This document shows, one piece after another, positions 37,618 to 47,448 of a stretch of 64,000 nucleotides of DNA. This stretch comes from Pseudomonadales bacterium (GTDB lineage Bacteria; Pseudomonadota; Gammaproteobacteria; Pseudomonadales; UBA7434), in the NCBI GenBank assembly GCA_013043705.1, contig JABDNS010000016.1, positions 10,739 through 74,738 of the forward strand. The letters are read 5' to 3'. The notes under the pieces are model-generated. The model ran no database searches, was not told where the DNA came from, and saw only the letters and a program-made list of their open reading frames with translations. The position numbers were made by a program, and so were the translations under genes. The number at the start of each line of letters is the position of its first letter. Position 1 is the first letter of the stretch.

Positions 37618-38904
37618 ATGACAGCTAATAAATTGAAAGCCGTTCGCGGCATGCACGACATCCTGCCCGTCAACAGCGGCAATTGGGCGCGCATGGAGGC
37701 CGTGATTGCTCGCGTATTTTCCAGTTATGCCTATCGCGAAATTCGCATGCCGATTGTGGAGCCTACTGCGTTGTTCAGCCGCTCGATTGGCGAAGTGACA
37801 GATATCATTGAAAAGGAAATGTACACTTTCGAAGATCGCAACGGCGAATCCATGTCGTTGCGACCCGAAGGCACCGCCGGTTGTGTCAGGGCCTGTATCG
37901 AGCACAGTTTACTCGATACGCCGAGAAAGCTTTGGTATGCGGGCCCGATGTTTCGCTATGAGCGGCCACAGAAAGGTCGGCAGCGACAGTTTCACCAGGT
38001 GGGAGCGGAGGCATTTGGTTGGCAAGGCGCGGAAATAGAGGCAGAGATGCTATTGCTTAACCAGCGCCTTTGGTGCGAGTTACAACTGGAAAATGGCATT
38101 CGGCTGCAACTGAATAATATTGGCTCGAGCGAATCGCGGAAAAAATTTCGCGCCGCACTGCTCGATTACCTGGAAAAGTATCGCGACGATTTGGACGCAG
38201 ATAGCCAGCGTCGCTTGCAAAGTAATCCGCTACGTATTCTGGATAGCAAGGACCGCGATACACAAAAAATATTGCATGACGCGCCCCTGCTAACAGATTT
38301 CGTCGATGACGAATCGCGACAAAAACACGACACATTGCTCGGCCTGTTACAAGATAGCGGTGTTAGCGTAGAGCAAAATTCGCGTTTGGTTCGTGGGCTT
38401 GATTATTACAACGACACGGTATTCGAGTGGGTGAGTGATGACCTGGGCGCCCAGGCCACCGTTTGTGGAGGCGGTCGTTACGACGGGCTGGTGGAGCAAC
38501 TTGGCGGCAAACCCGTGCCAGCAGTCGGCTTTGCGATGGGGCTGGAGCGGTTGTACATGCTTTTAGAGGGCCAGGGCTTCGCGTGTTTTCACGAGGACGA
38601 TGCGCCGGATGCTTATTTGCTGGTGGCCGACAGTGCCTACCAGCGTTACGCGCTGGATCTGGCTGAGCGCCTGCGCGCGGCACTGCCGGGTTTTGCTATC
38701 ATGCAGCACCTTGCCGCCGGCAGCCTGAAAAGCCAGTTCAAGCGAGCCGATAAAAGCGGTGCCCGCTTCGCGTTGATTGTGGGTGAGCAGGAAGTCGCCG
38801 ATAACAGTGTCTCGGTAAAAGACCTGCAAAGCGGCGAGCAGAGCAGCGTGTCGGTTGGCGATGGTATAGCTGCACTGCTGGTGCAGTTGAGTGCCGACAC
38901 CTAA
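37618..38904 (+). CDS. hisS: Histidine--tRNA ligase
   Basis: Class II aaRS motifs (MFRYERPQKGRQRQFHQ; GGGRYDGL). 428 aa. Confidence 0.95.
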   Translation: MTANKLKAVRGMHDILPVNSGNWARMEAVIARVFSSYAYREIRMPIVEPTALFSRSIGEVTDIIEKEMYTFEDRNGESMSLRPEGTAGCVRACIEHSLLDTPRKLWYAGPMFRYERPQKGRQRQFHQVGAEAFGWQGAEIEAEMLLLNQRLWCELQLENGIRLQLNNIGSSESRKKFRAALLDYLEKYRDDLDADSQRRLQSNPLRILDSKDRDTQKILHDAPLLTDFVDDESRQKHDTLLGLLQDSGVSVEQNSRLVRGLDYYNDTVFEWVSDDLGAQATVCGGGRYDGLVEQLGGKPVPAVGFAMGLERLYMLLEGQGFACFHEDDAPDAYLLVADSAYQRYALDLAERLRAALPGFAIMQHLAAGSLKSQFKRADKSGARFALIVGEQEVADNSVSVKDLQSGEQSSVSVGDGIAALLVQLSADT

Positions 38905-38988
38905 GCAAGCTATCAAGTCCAGCACTGAAGCTGTATGGCCAATGAATATACGAAATTCAATGTGTAACAAAATTGTGGAGACATTGCT

Positions 38989-39666
38989 TTGGACCCGATG
39001 AGAACAGAAGACGACCAGGTGCAGGCGCTAAAAAAGTGGTGGGACGAAAATGGCGTGTCCACTGTGCTTAGTGTCATTGTCGCGATTGCCGCAGTGCTGG
39101 GCTGGCGAGGATGGCAGTCGGCGCAGGAAGCCAAGGCCGAGGCTGCGGCCTTTTCCTACCAGGCCATGCAAACGGCGGTGGCGGCTGCCGCGCAAGCGCC
39201 GGACGATGACATCAAGATCGCCGAAGCAATGCATGCGGCAGATACCATCAAGCAGGAGTTTGCTAAAACCGGTTATGCGCAGTTCGCTGCATTGGCCAAG
39301 GCCAAGCAGGCCGTGCTCGATGAAGACTACGCAAGCGCTGAGACTGAGCTCCGCTGGGTCATCGACAAAACCCAATCAGCGCAACTTCGCGAGATTGCCA
39401 GGCTGCGATTGGCCCGGGTGTTACTGAGTGCGGGCAATACCGATGGCGCATTAGCCGCGCTTAACCAGGGCGCAGAAACGGGTGGCACCTCAGGCGATAT
39501 TTTTGCGGCCCAGAAAGCTGAGTTGGCCGGCGATATCCATATTGCACGCGGTGAATACCAGCTTGCGGTAGAGCAGTACGAGCGTGCCGGCAAGATTACC
39601 GGCGATGGGCCAACGCGCTTGCCGCTGGTGGCGATGAAGCTAGGCTACGCCAAGAGTCAGATCTAA
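38989..39666 (+). CDS. yfgM: YfgM-family membrane-anchored TPR-like protein
   Basis: N-terminal TM anchor (VSTVLSVIVAIAAVLGW) and an Ala-rich helical domain. Conserved position between hisS and bamB. The start is TTG 38989 or ATG 38998. Confidence 0.75.
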   Translation: MDPMRTEDDQVQALKKWWDENGVSTVLSVIVAIAAVLGWRGWQSAQEAKAEAAAFSYQAMQTAVAAAAQAPDDDIKIAEAMHAADTIKQEFAKTGYAQFAALAKAKQAVLDEDYASAETELRWVIDKTQSAQLREIARLRLARVLLSAGNTDGALAALNQGAETGGTSGDIFAAQKAELAGDIHIARGEYQLAVEQYERAGKITGDGPTRLPLVAMKLGYAKSQI

Positions 39667-40865
39667 TGGTAAATGTGTTCACTACTACGGGGCGCCATGC
39701 GGTGCCCCGTTTTTTGTCGATACCAGGCGTACTATGCGTGCTGCTATTATTAGTCGCGGGCTGTGCCTCCACGCCCGAAGAGCGAGAGCAAGCGGGTAAA
39801 GCGCTCAAACTTCCTGACTTCGAGCGCCGTGTGCGGCTTGATTCAAGTTGGCGCCGTGACATCGGCAAGGGCCAGGGTGGCTTTTACAATCGACTGGCGC
39901 CATCTACTGATGACGCCGGTATATGCGTGGCCAGCATTGAAGGCAAGCTTGGCTGCTATACCGGGCAGGGCAAAAAGAGCTGGCGTAAAAAACTCGGCCA
40001 CGCTTTGTCGGCGGGCGCCGGAATTGCCGCTGATTTGGTGCTTGTTGCCAGCAGTGACGGTGAAGTTATTGCGCTGTCGCGTGAAAACGGGGATGAGCGC
40101 TGGCGCCGCGACCTCGGCGGTGAAGTGCTCGCGCCGCCGCAGGGCGATGCAGGCGTTGTAGTGGTACAAACTGCGGATGGCAGGCTTACCGGCCTGGCAG
40201 CGACTGACGGCAAGAAATTGTGGCAGCACAAAAACGATGAGCCGATCCTGACCCTGCGCGGTACTGCAACCCCGGTTGTTGCCGATGGCATTGTTTACAC
40301 GGGCTTTGCATCGGGCAAGCTGGTTGCTATCGACCTGGAAACAGGTAGCTTGCAGTGGGACCAGCTGGTTGCGTTAGCCAGCGGTACTGCCGAAATAGAA
40401 AAGCTTGTTGATGTTGATGCTTCACCGCACGTTACCGAAGAGATCGTTTACGCAACAAGCTTTAACGGCAACCTGTTTGCATTTGCCCGCGCCAACGGCC
40501 GCGCGCTGTGGCGCTTTCCATCATCATCCTATCGTGAAGTTGATGAGGGATTTGGGCATGTATATATGGCTGATGAAAAAGGGCGAGTTTATTCAATCAA
40601 CGCGCGCGATGGCGAACAGCGTTGGGAGCAGTCGGCATTTGTCAATCGCGAATTAAGTTCGCCTGTTGTATTTAGTGGCTACCTCGTTATTGGCGATGAC
40701 GACGGCTACCTGCACGTGCTCTCGCAGATTGATGGCAGTGTTGTCGGTCGTGCGCGAATTGACGGCTCTGGCGTGCGTGCGCCGATGCGCGTAGTAGAAG
40801 ACCAACTCATTGTTTACAGCAATGCTGGCAAGCTCGCCGCGTACACCTTGCGCGCCGTCGATTAA
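39666..40865 (+). CDS. bamB: Outer membrane protein assembly factor BamB (PQQ-like beta-propeller lipoprotein)
   Basis: Lipobox LLVAGC, repeated propeller blades (G.L.A....G...W) and conserved synteny. Confidence 0.88.
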   Translation: MVNVFTTTGRHAVPRFLSIPGVLCVLLLLVAGCASTPEEREQAGKALKLPDFERRVRLDSSWRRDIGKGQGGFYNRLAPSTDDAGICVASIEGKLGCYTGQGKKSWRKKLGHALSAGAGIAADLVLVASSDGEVIALSRENGDERWRRDLGGEVLAPPQGDAGVVVVQTADGRLTGLAATDGKKLWQHKNDEPILTLRGTATPVVADGIVYTGFASGKLVAIDLETGSLQWDQLVALASGTAEIEKLVDVDASPHVTEEIVYATSFNGNLFAFARANGRALWRFPSSSYREVDEGFGHVYMADEKGRVYSINARDGEQRWEQSAFVNRELSSPVVFSGYLVIGDDDGYLHVLSQIDGSVVGRARIDGSGVRAPMRVVEDQLIVYSNAGKLAAYTLRAVD

Positions 40866-40871
40866 AACCTC

Positions 40872-40923
40872 GGGGACAGTTTACTTTTGCCAGGCGCTGC
40901 TGGACGAAAGTAAACTGTCCCCC
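40872..40923. repeat. REP hairpin, T-type arms, core ccag/ctgg with one bulge
   Basis: ggggacagtttacttttgccaggcgctgctggacgaaagtaaactgtccccc. It starts 6 nt after the bamB stop. Confidence 0.9.
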
Positions 40924-40951
40924 TAATTAAATTTCAATCAAAGAGCAATCA

Positions 40952-42385
40952 ATGCTTCCCGTAATAGCCCTGGTGGGTCGGCCCAACGTTGGCAAGTCGA
41001 CACTGTTTAACCGACTGACGCGTTCTCGCGACGCACTGGTGGCAGACTATTCCGGGCTAACCCGCGATCGCAAATATGGTGAGGCGCGCGTTGGCGAGCA
41101 ACGTTTTATCGTGATCGATACTGGTGGTCTTAGTGGCCTCGAGCAAGGTATCGATAGGGCAATGGCACAGCAGTCGCTGGCGGCCATCGAAGAGGCCGAC
41201 GAAGTTTTATTGTTGGTTGACGCACGCGCCGGTTTATTGCCCGCCGATGAAGCTATCGTGAAACAGATTCGCGCGCGCAATAAGCCGTTCCGCGTGGTCG
41301 CCAATAAGATGGATGGCGTTGACGAAAGTGCCGCCGCCGAGTTCTACCAGCTCGGTACTGCACAGGTGTTTCCGATCGCCGCTTCGCATGGCCGCGGCGT
41401 AACGCAGTTGCTTGAGGAGTTGCTGCCAGCACCCGACGACAAGGGCGAACCCGTCGGCAGTGAGGAAGACAATGCACGCTGGGCGTCTACCCGTATTGCG
41501 GTGGTGGGCAGGCCGAACGTTGGCAAGTCGACGCTGGTCAATCGTATGTTGGGCGAAGAGCGGGTTGTGGTTTTCGACCACCCGGGCACTACGCGCGACA
41601 GTATTTATATCGATTACGAACGCGAAGACAAGCAAGGCGTTAGCAAGCCCTATACATTAATCGATACCGCCGGGGTCAGGCGTCGCAAGAATGTAGCCGA
41701 AGCAGTAGAAAAGTTTTCTATTCTGAAAGCGCTGCAAGCGATCGCTGATGCCAACGTTACCGTGTTGTTGATTGATGCGCGGGAAGGCCTTGTCGACCAG
41801 GATTTGCACTTGCTTTCGCATGTGGTTGAAGCAGGTCGCGCGCTTGTGATTGCGGTAAATAAATGGGATGGCTTGTCGCAAGAACACAAAAATCGCCTGA
41901 AAAGTGAAATTGACCGGCGCATGGCGTTCAATGATTTTGCCGAGCTTCGATTTATTTCGGCATTGCATGGCACTGGCGTCGGCGAGTTGTACCGTTCGGT
42001 TGATGTGGCCTACGCTGCCGCTACGCAAAAATTGGCTACCAATGAGTTGACGCGGGTACTGGAAAAAGCGGTGTTCGACCATCCGCCACCCAGCGTTGGC
42101 GGCAGGCGCATCAAGTTACGCTATGCGCATGCTGGCGGGCAGAACCCGCCAATTATTGTTATCCACGGCAACCAGGCCAAGCAGGTGCCGCGCCACTACA
42201 CCCGCTACCTTGAAAAAACCTTTCGCCGCGCGTTCAAATTATTCGGCACGCCGGTGCGCATTGAGTTTCGCAGTGGAGACAATCCCTACGCGGGCCGCAA
42301 GAACAAGCTAACTCCGCGGCAAGTAAGCAAGCGACGTCGCTTGATGTCGCATGTAAAGAAAAAGAAAAATACCCGTGGTCGTTAA
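40952..42385 (+). CDS. der: Ribosome-associated GTPase Der (EngA), tandem GTPase domains
   Basis: Two G1 motifs (GRPNVGKST twice), a KH-like C-terminal domain and a basic tail. Confidence 0.95.
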   Translation: MLPVIALVGRPNVGKSTLFNRLTRSRDALVADYSGLTRDRKYGEARVGEQRFIVIDTGGLSGLEQGIDRAMAQQSLAAIEEADEVLLLVDARAGLLPADEAIVKQIRARNKPFRVVANKMDGVDESAAAEFYQLGTAQVFPIAASHGRGVTQLLEELLPAPDDKGEPVGSEEDNARWASTRIAVVGRPNVGKSTLVNRMLGEERVVVFDHPGTTRDSIYIDYEREDKQGVSKPYTLIDTAGVRRRKNVAEAVEKFSILKALQAIADANVTVLLIDAREGLVDQDLHLLSHVVEAGRALVIAVNKWDGLSQEHKNRLKSEIDRRMAFNDFAELRFISALHGTGVGELYRSVDVAYAAATQKLATNELTRVLEKAVFDHPPPSVGGRRIKLRYAHAGGQNPPIIVIHGNQAKQVPRHYTRYLEKTFRRAFKLFGTPVRIEFRSGDNPYAGRKNKLTPRQVSKRRRLMSHVKKKKNTRGR

Positions 42386-42391
42386 GCGGCG

Positions 42392-43558
42392 CTAGCGATT
42401 CCTGCCCAACGCATCGTGGCTGCTAACCCAGTCACCGGCCAGTACCGCACTCATCAGCGACAGTTCACCCGCCAATACCGTTGCTGCAATAATTTCCGCC
42501 AGTTTGTACACCTTGCCAGGGCCATTGCAGCCCAATAGCGACAGGCACTCCTGTTGGGTAGGTAAACCGGTACCGCCACCGTGGGTGGCGACGATAAGCG
42601 ATGGCAGCGTAATTGAAAAATAATAATCGCCATTGTCGTGCAGGTCTACATAGACAATACCCGACGACGATTCTGCCACGTTGGCCGCATCTTGGCCGGT
42701 GGCAATAAAAGTAGCGGTAATACCATTAGCGGAGTGAGCGCCAGTATTTACCGAGCCCGCCATAAAACTGCCCACCTGTGAGATAAAGCGCGCTTTAAAA
42801 AGTGTTGCGCTGGAAACGCCCATCACTTGCTCGATAATGGCATTGGGAATAATCGCCTCGGCAATGACCCGTTTACCACGCGTGTGCAGGGTGTTGAGCT
42901 GCGAATGTTTTTTGTCGGTGTCCATCGATCCCGACAACATGTAGCGGCAACTGCCCTGGTATTTCGATTGCATCCATTCGCAGGCAGCCTGGGTAGCCTT
43001 ACCCACCATATTTTGCCCGGCGGCGTCGCCGGTTGTAAAATTAAAGCGCAGGTAGCGCATGCGCGCGGCGGCGTACTGTTCGATATCGCGTAACTTGCCT
43101 ACCGAAGTAGTAGTTTCTGCCTGCTGCTTTATCTGTTCGAAGTTGGCCTTAATCCACTCGCCAAAATCGCGCGCTGCCCTGGCGTTGTCAAAAATAAATA
43201 CCGGTGCGCGCTGCATTGCATCGTCTACCACCGATACTGTTGCGCCACCGGCCTGGTGCAGTAGTCGCATGCCACGATTGTAACTCGCCACCAGCGTGCC
43301 TTCACTGGTGGCCATGGGCACATAAAATTCGCCTTTGGCGTGCTCACCATTTACAAGCAGCGGGCCTGCCAAGCCAACTGGCACTTGCGCTACACCAATA
43401 AAATTTTCGATATTACCTGCGGTGAGCTCGGGCGTAAATGCGTAGTGGCTAAGGTGCTCAAACTTCACGCCGGTTGTTTCACTGGCAAACTGGCGGCGTT
43501 CGGCGGCCATGGCTTCGCTGTGGTCGTTGTGCTTATCTCTCGGGATTCGTTTGGTCAT
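42392..43558 (-). CDS. Hydroxymethylglutaryl-CoA reductase, class I type
   Basis: Class I signature blocks are present: ENFIGVAQVP, ATSEGTLVAS (catalytic Glu), TGDAAGQNM (Asp), DTDKK (Lys), ATHGGGTGLPTQQECL and VLAGELSLMSAVLAGDWVSSH (His). Start taken at MTKRIPRD (43558). Confidence 0.88.
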   Translation of the reverse strand: MTKRIPRDKHNDHSEAMAAERRQFASETTGVKFEHLSHYAFTPELTAGNIENFIGVAQVPVGLAGPLLVNGEHAKGEFYVPMATSEGTLVASYNRGMRLLHQAGGATVSVVDDAMQRAPVFIFDNARAARDFGEWIKANFEQIKQQAETTTSVGKLRDIEQYAAARMRYLRFNFTTGDAAGQNMVGKATQAACEWMQSKYQGSCRYMLSGSMDTDKKHSQLNTLHTRGKRVIAEAIIPNAIIEQVMGVSSATLFKARFISQVGSFMAGSVNTGAHSANGITATFIATGQDAANVAESSSGIVYVDLHDNGDYYFSITLPSLIVATHGGGTGLPTQQECLSLLGCNGPGKVYKLAEIIAATVLAGELSLMSAVLAGDWVSSHDALGRNR

Positions 43559-43690
43559 GGTATTTAGGCGTTTCAGTCCGGGCGCAGGTGATAGAGGTGA
43601 GCCGCCCTGCGCCGGATAGCGGGGCGCGCTCAACGCTGAGAAAGCTATGTTACGCTTTTATCGCACCGTTTTCTGCAGTGTTCTACGGTC

Positions 43691-44479
43691 TTAAAAGTCG
43701 ATTGGCTTGCCATCCCAGTCGATAAAAGAGAGTTTGCCATCGGCGCTGGTAGCGTCCATCAGGTCCAGCAGCCTGTCGGCAACAAAATCAGCGCTGAAAA
43801 GCTTTTCCTTGCGCACATTTTTCTGGAAGGGCCGTGAAAGCGGTGTGTCGGTGGTGCCCGGATGAAATGCGATCAGCTTGACGCCCGGTTTACGCCTGGC
43901 CAATTCCACGCTCGCCGTTTGCAGCAGCATATTCAGCGCAGCCTTGGATGCCCGGTAGCTGTACCAGCCGCCCAGCTGATTGTCGCTTATGCTGCCCACA
44001 CGCGCACTCAGCACGGCAATTTTGCATTCCTGCTTGTTATCCAACAGCGCAACCAGGCGCTGTATCCAGCGCAGCGGCAGCAGTGTATTCACCGCTATGC
44101 TGTCGAGAAAGTTTTCGCCCTGCAGGTCTTCCAGGCGTTTTTCCGGTAACAGCAAAGCGCGTTCCTGTTCGCTATTGTGCAGCACGCCGTTACAAATAAT
44201 TATTCGTGTGAGTGCTGCGGCCTGTTGTTCTAGTTGGGCCTGAATAGACTTGACCACCCCTTCGATCGCAGCGTCTTGGTAATCGCAGATGTACCAGGCC
44301 CTGCCGGTTTGGGTAGCACCAGATGCGCCAAAATCATCCGGTGCCTCGGAGCGGCTCACGGCGATAATCCCGCTGTTTGCGCTGGCGACGTTCGCGATAG
44401 GTGACAGTTCCCGGATCACCGCGGCCCCGATAGCGCTACTGGCGCCTATTATGAGCGTGGTTTGTTTCTTTTCAGTCAT
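43691..44479 (-). CDS. SDR-family oxidoreductase
   Basis: IIGASSAIG cofactor motif and YRASKAALN active site. Start at MTEKKQTT (44479). Confidence 0.82.
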   Translation of the reverse strand: MTEKKQTTLIIGASSAIGAAVIRELSPIANVASANSGIIAVSRSEAPDDFGASGATQTGRAWYICDYQDAAIEGVVKSIQAQLEQQAAALTRIIICNGVLHNSEQERALLLPEKRLEDLQGENFLDSIAVNTLLPLRWIQRLVALLDNKQECKIAVLSARVGSISDNQLGGWYSYRASKAALNMLLQTASVELARRKPGVKLIAFHPGTTDTPLSRPFQKNVRKEKLFSADFVADRLLDLMDATSADGKLSFIDWDGKPIDF

Positions 44480-44630
44480 AGTCAAGTTTACGCGTGAATG
44501 AGCGTCAGGGATCAACGCTCGCAATCCCGACGGTTGATCTTGAATCATCCGTCATTCGGGAAAACTGCGGTGTCCAGATTGGCACGGCTCAGGCTATCAT
44601 GCACGGCAAATCCACTTTACACAGCCAGCT

Positions 44631-45647
44631 ATGACCACACCTTCGAAAACACGCGTGCTTACCGGCATTACCACCACTGGCACGCCGCACTTGGGCAACT
44701 ATGTCGGTGCGATAAAGCCCGCCGTTGCGGCGAGCAAAGATCCAGCCGTCGACTCATTTTTGTTTCTTGCCGATTACCACGCACTGATCAAGAACCACGA
44801 CCCGGCGCAGGTGCATCAATCCAGCGTTGAAATTGCTGCAACCTGGCTGGCGCTGGGGCTGGACCCCGCGCAGGTAACCTTTTACCGGCAATCGGACGTG
44901 CCCGATATCACCGAGCTGACCTGGATCCTGACCTGCTGGACCGCCAAAGGCCTGATGAACCGCGCGCATGCCTACAAGGCGGCGGTGCAGACCAACGAGG
45001 AAGCAGGGGAGGACAACGACTTCGGTATTACGATGGGCTTGTTCAGCTACCCGGTGTTAATGGCGGCCGATATCCTGATGTTTAACGGCGGCAAGATTCC
45101 GGTGGGGCGCGACCAGGTGCAGCATGTGGAAATGGCGCGTGATATTGCGCAGCGCTTTAACCATCACTACGGCGAACACTTTTTATTGCCAGAGGCGGTG
45201 GTGGATGACAACGTCGCCGTTCTGCAGGGCCTTGACGGCCGCAAGATGAGCAAGAGTTATAACAATACAATTCCCTTATTTGAAGGCGACAAGAAGCTCA
45301 AGAAAGCGATCAATAAAATTAAAACCAATTTACTGGAACCTGGCGAACCCAAGGATCCGGATACCTCAACCGTGTTCCAGGTCTGGCAGGCCTTTGCAAC
45401 GGACGTACAGACCGCAACAATGCGAAAAGAATTTGCCAATGGCATTGCCTGGGGCGAGGCAAAAAAACAGTTGTTTGAATTGATTAATGCAGAGCTAACT
45501 GCACCGCGCGAGCGCTATAACGAACTGATGCAGCATCGCGACTATTTGGAAAAGACGCTGCAGCAAGGCGCCGAGAAGGCCAGGGCAGTGAGTTCGCCGT
45601 TGCTTGCCAAAGTGAAAGCCGCGGTTGGACTTAAGCCGATAGCTTAG
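44631..45647 (+). CDS. trpS: Tryptophan--tRNA ligase
   Basis: Class I HIGH-type motif (TGTPHLGNY) and KMSKS present verbatim. Confidence 0.95.
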   Translation: MTTPSKTRVLTGITTTGTPHLGNYVGAIKPAVAASKDPAVDSFLFLADYHALIKNHDPAQVHQSSVEIAATWLALGLDPAQVTFYRQSDVPDITELTWILTCWTAKGLMNRAHAYKAAVQTNEEAGEDNDFGITMGLFSYPVLMAADILMFNGGKIPVGRDQVQHVEMARDIAQRFNHHYGEHFLLPEAVVDDNVAVLQGLDGRKMSKSYNNTIPLFEGDKKLKKAINKIKTNLLEPGEPKDPDTSTVFQVWQAFATDVQTATMRKEFANGIAWGEAKKQLFELINAELTAPRERYNELMQHRDYLEKTLQQGAEKARAVSSPLLAKVKAAVGLKPIA

Positions 45648-45654
45648 GTGTTTT

Positions 45655-45711
45655 GGGGACAGTTTACTTTTTATAAATTGCGAAGCATTTTATAGAAAGT
45701 AAACTGTCCCC
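45655..45711. repeat. REP hairpin, T-type arms, 27-bp stem (1 mismatch, 1 G-U), loop gaa
   Basis: ggggacagtttactttttataaattgc-gaa-gcattttatagaaagtaaactgtcccc, between the convergent trpS and antiporter genes. Confidence 0.92.
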
Positions 45712-45717
45712 GTTTGG

Positions 45718-46887
45718 TCAATCCCGGCGCAGTTTGTCCGATACGGCAATAGGCGTAGGAAAGTTGAAAATAACGATATAGGTCGAAATCAAAAACGTCA
45801 GGATCGCAGTGGCCTGGATAAGATGCGAAGCCTCTTTGCCAATTAACAGCGTGCTGGTTGCCACGTAGGCAATTAGCAGTGAAAACTCGCTGTTCTGTCC
45901 CAGCCGGAATCCCACACTCCACGACAGCGCGCGTCGCTCGCGCGAAGCGCGCAGCAAACCGCGAAACGCCAGTGGTTTTACCGCAATCATTGCGGCGGTT
46001 AGCAGCAGTGTCGGCAGTAGTATATCGGCCAGCATGCTGGTGTCGAAGCGCGCGCCCAGCGCAAAGAAAAATAGCACCAGGAAAAAATCGCGCAGTGGCC
46101 TTAGGTTCAGCGCAATAAACTGCGAGATCGGGCTGGTGGCTAGCACAATTCCCGCGGTAAACGCTCCGATTTCAGCTGACAAACCGGCTAGCGCCGCCAA
46201 TTCAGCCATGCCCAGGCACCAGCCAAGCGCCAGCAAAAATATATACTCGTGAAAGCGGTCGAAGCGCGCTATTAGCGCTAGCAACACATAGCGTACAAAC
46301 AGCAGCGCGCCAACAGCCAGCAGCGGCAGTGCCAGCATTGCACGCAATAGCATGGCGTAATCAAATTGCCCACCACTGCCGCTGAGCAAAACAATCAATA
46401 CAAAAATTGCGATCAAATCCTGGATCAATAACAGGCCGACAATCAACTCGCCGGTATGTTTGTGGTGTAGTACAGTAGTTGGTAGCAGCTTGATGCTGAT
46501 AATGGTGCTGGAGAACATCATCGCAACACCAATGATAATGCACTCGTTGCTAGTGAAGCCAAAGCCGAAGGCGATCGCCGCGCCAATCGCAAAAAACAGC
46601 AATGAGCTGGCTATCGCAACCACGCTGGCCTGCTTGGCCACCGAGCGCAATGACTGCGGCTGCATATCGAGCCCCAGTAGAAATAGCAAAAAGATAATGC
46701 CGATATGGCCTACATCTTCAAGCAGGCCAACGTTGTTGATATAGCTTGCGCCATAGGGCCCTATCAATGCACCCAGCGCAATGTAGGCGATCAACATGGG
46801 CTGGCGCGTGTACAGCGCAGCAGTGGCCAGCACCGCCGCACCCGAGAAGATAAGGAAGAAGGAAAAGGTTAGCGAGCCGCCGTCCAT
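45718..46887 (-). CDS. Cation:proton antiporter (CPA2/Kef-type membrane domain only)
   Basis: 389-aa polytopic ORF with the Na_H_Exchanger-like pattern (GPYG..., EFSLLIA). No KTN/RCK domain. Confidence 0.82.
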   Translation of the reverse strand: MDGGSLTFSFFLIFSGAAVLATAALYTRQPMLIAYIALGALIGPYGASYINNVGLLEDVGHIGIIFLLFLLGLDMQPQSLRSVAKQASVVAIASSLLFFAIGAAIAFGFGFTSNECIIIGVAMMFSSTIISIKLLPTTVLHHKHTGELIVGLLLIQDLIAIFVLIVLLSGSGGQFDYAMLLRAMLALPLLAVGALLFVRYVLLALIARFDRFHEYIFLLALGWCLGMAELAALAGLSAEIGAFTAGIVLATSPISQFIALNLRPLRDFFLVLFFFALGARFDTSMLADILLPTLLLTAAMIAVKPLAFRGLLRASRERRALSWSVGFRLGQNSEFSLLIAYVATSTLLIGKEASHLIQATAILTFLISTYIVIFNFPTPIAVSDKLRRD

Positions 46888-46902
46888 TGAGCAAACGCAG
46901 GC

Positions 46903-47448
46903 TCAGGCGTGGCGCGACTTGATAACGGCTGTTGCCTCGTCACGCGCCGCCTGGTAGCTCAGGCTAAAGTCACGCAGGCCAGCAACGGCAACCTCGGCAT
47001 CGCGATCGCTGCGCACGGCGAAGCTATTGAAGCCGCAGCGCTTGTAGAAGTACATCTGGTCGCGCAGTACATCGCCAATCGCACGCAGCTCGCCCTTGAA
47101 TGCATAGCGCTCCCGAAGCTGGCGCGCATAGGAGTAGCCGCGGCCATCGGAAAACACCGGAAAATCAATAGCAATCAGTGGTAACTGGTTTATATCAAAC
47201 TCAACGCTTTCACTGTCATCATCCAGCGCATTGCCGAACAACAGCGCGGGCGCTTGCTTGCTACCCAGCCATACGGATACGTTGGCTTTACCCAGTAGTA
47301 CTTCGCGTTGCGGTTGCCATAGCGCGAGCGGCAGGATGAGTTGATCGCCTGCGGAGATGGCATCGGCGGGGTAATCCGCATCTGCATCGACCAGCGTCCA
47401 GCTGTCTTCCACGATGGTTTCGTCTTTAACCAGCTTTGGCATATACAC
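46903..47448 (-). CDS. DUF934-family protein (sulfite-reductase-associated)
   Basis: 181 aa with motif FPVFSDGRGYSYARQLR. Lies immediately downstream of, and overlaps, the cysI-type gene, the usual DUF934 context. Confidence 0.75.
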   Translation of the reverse strand: MYMPKLVKDETIVEDSWTLVDADADYPADAISAGDQLILPLALWQPQREVLLGKANVSVWLGSKQAPALLFGNALDDDSESVEFDINQLPLIAIDFPVFSDGRGYSYARQLRERYAFKGELRAIGDVLRDQMYFYKRCGFNSFAVRSDRDAEVAVAGLRDFSLSYQAARDEATAVIKSRHA

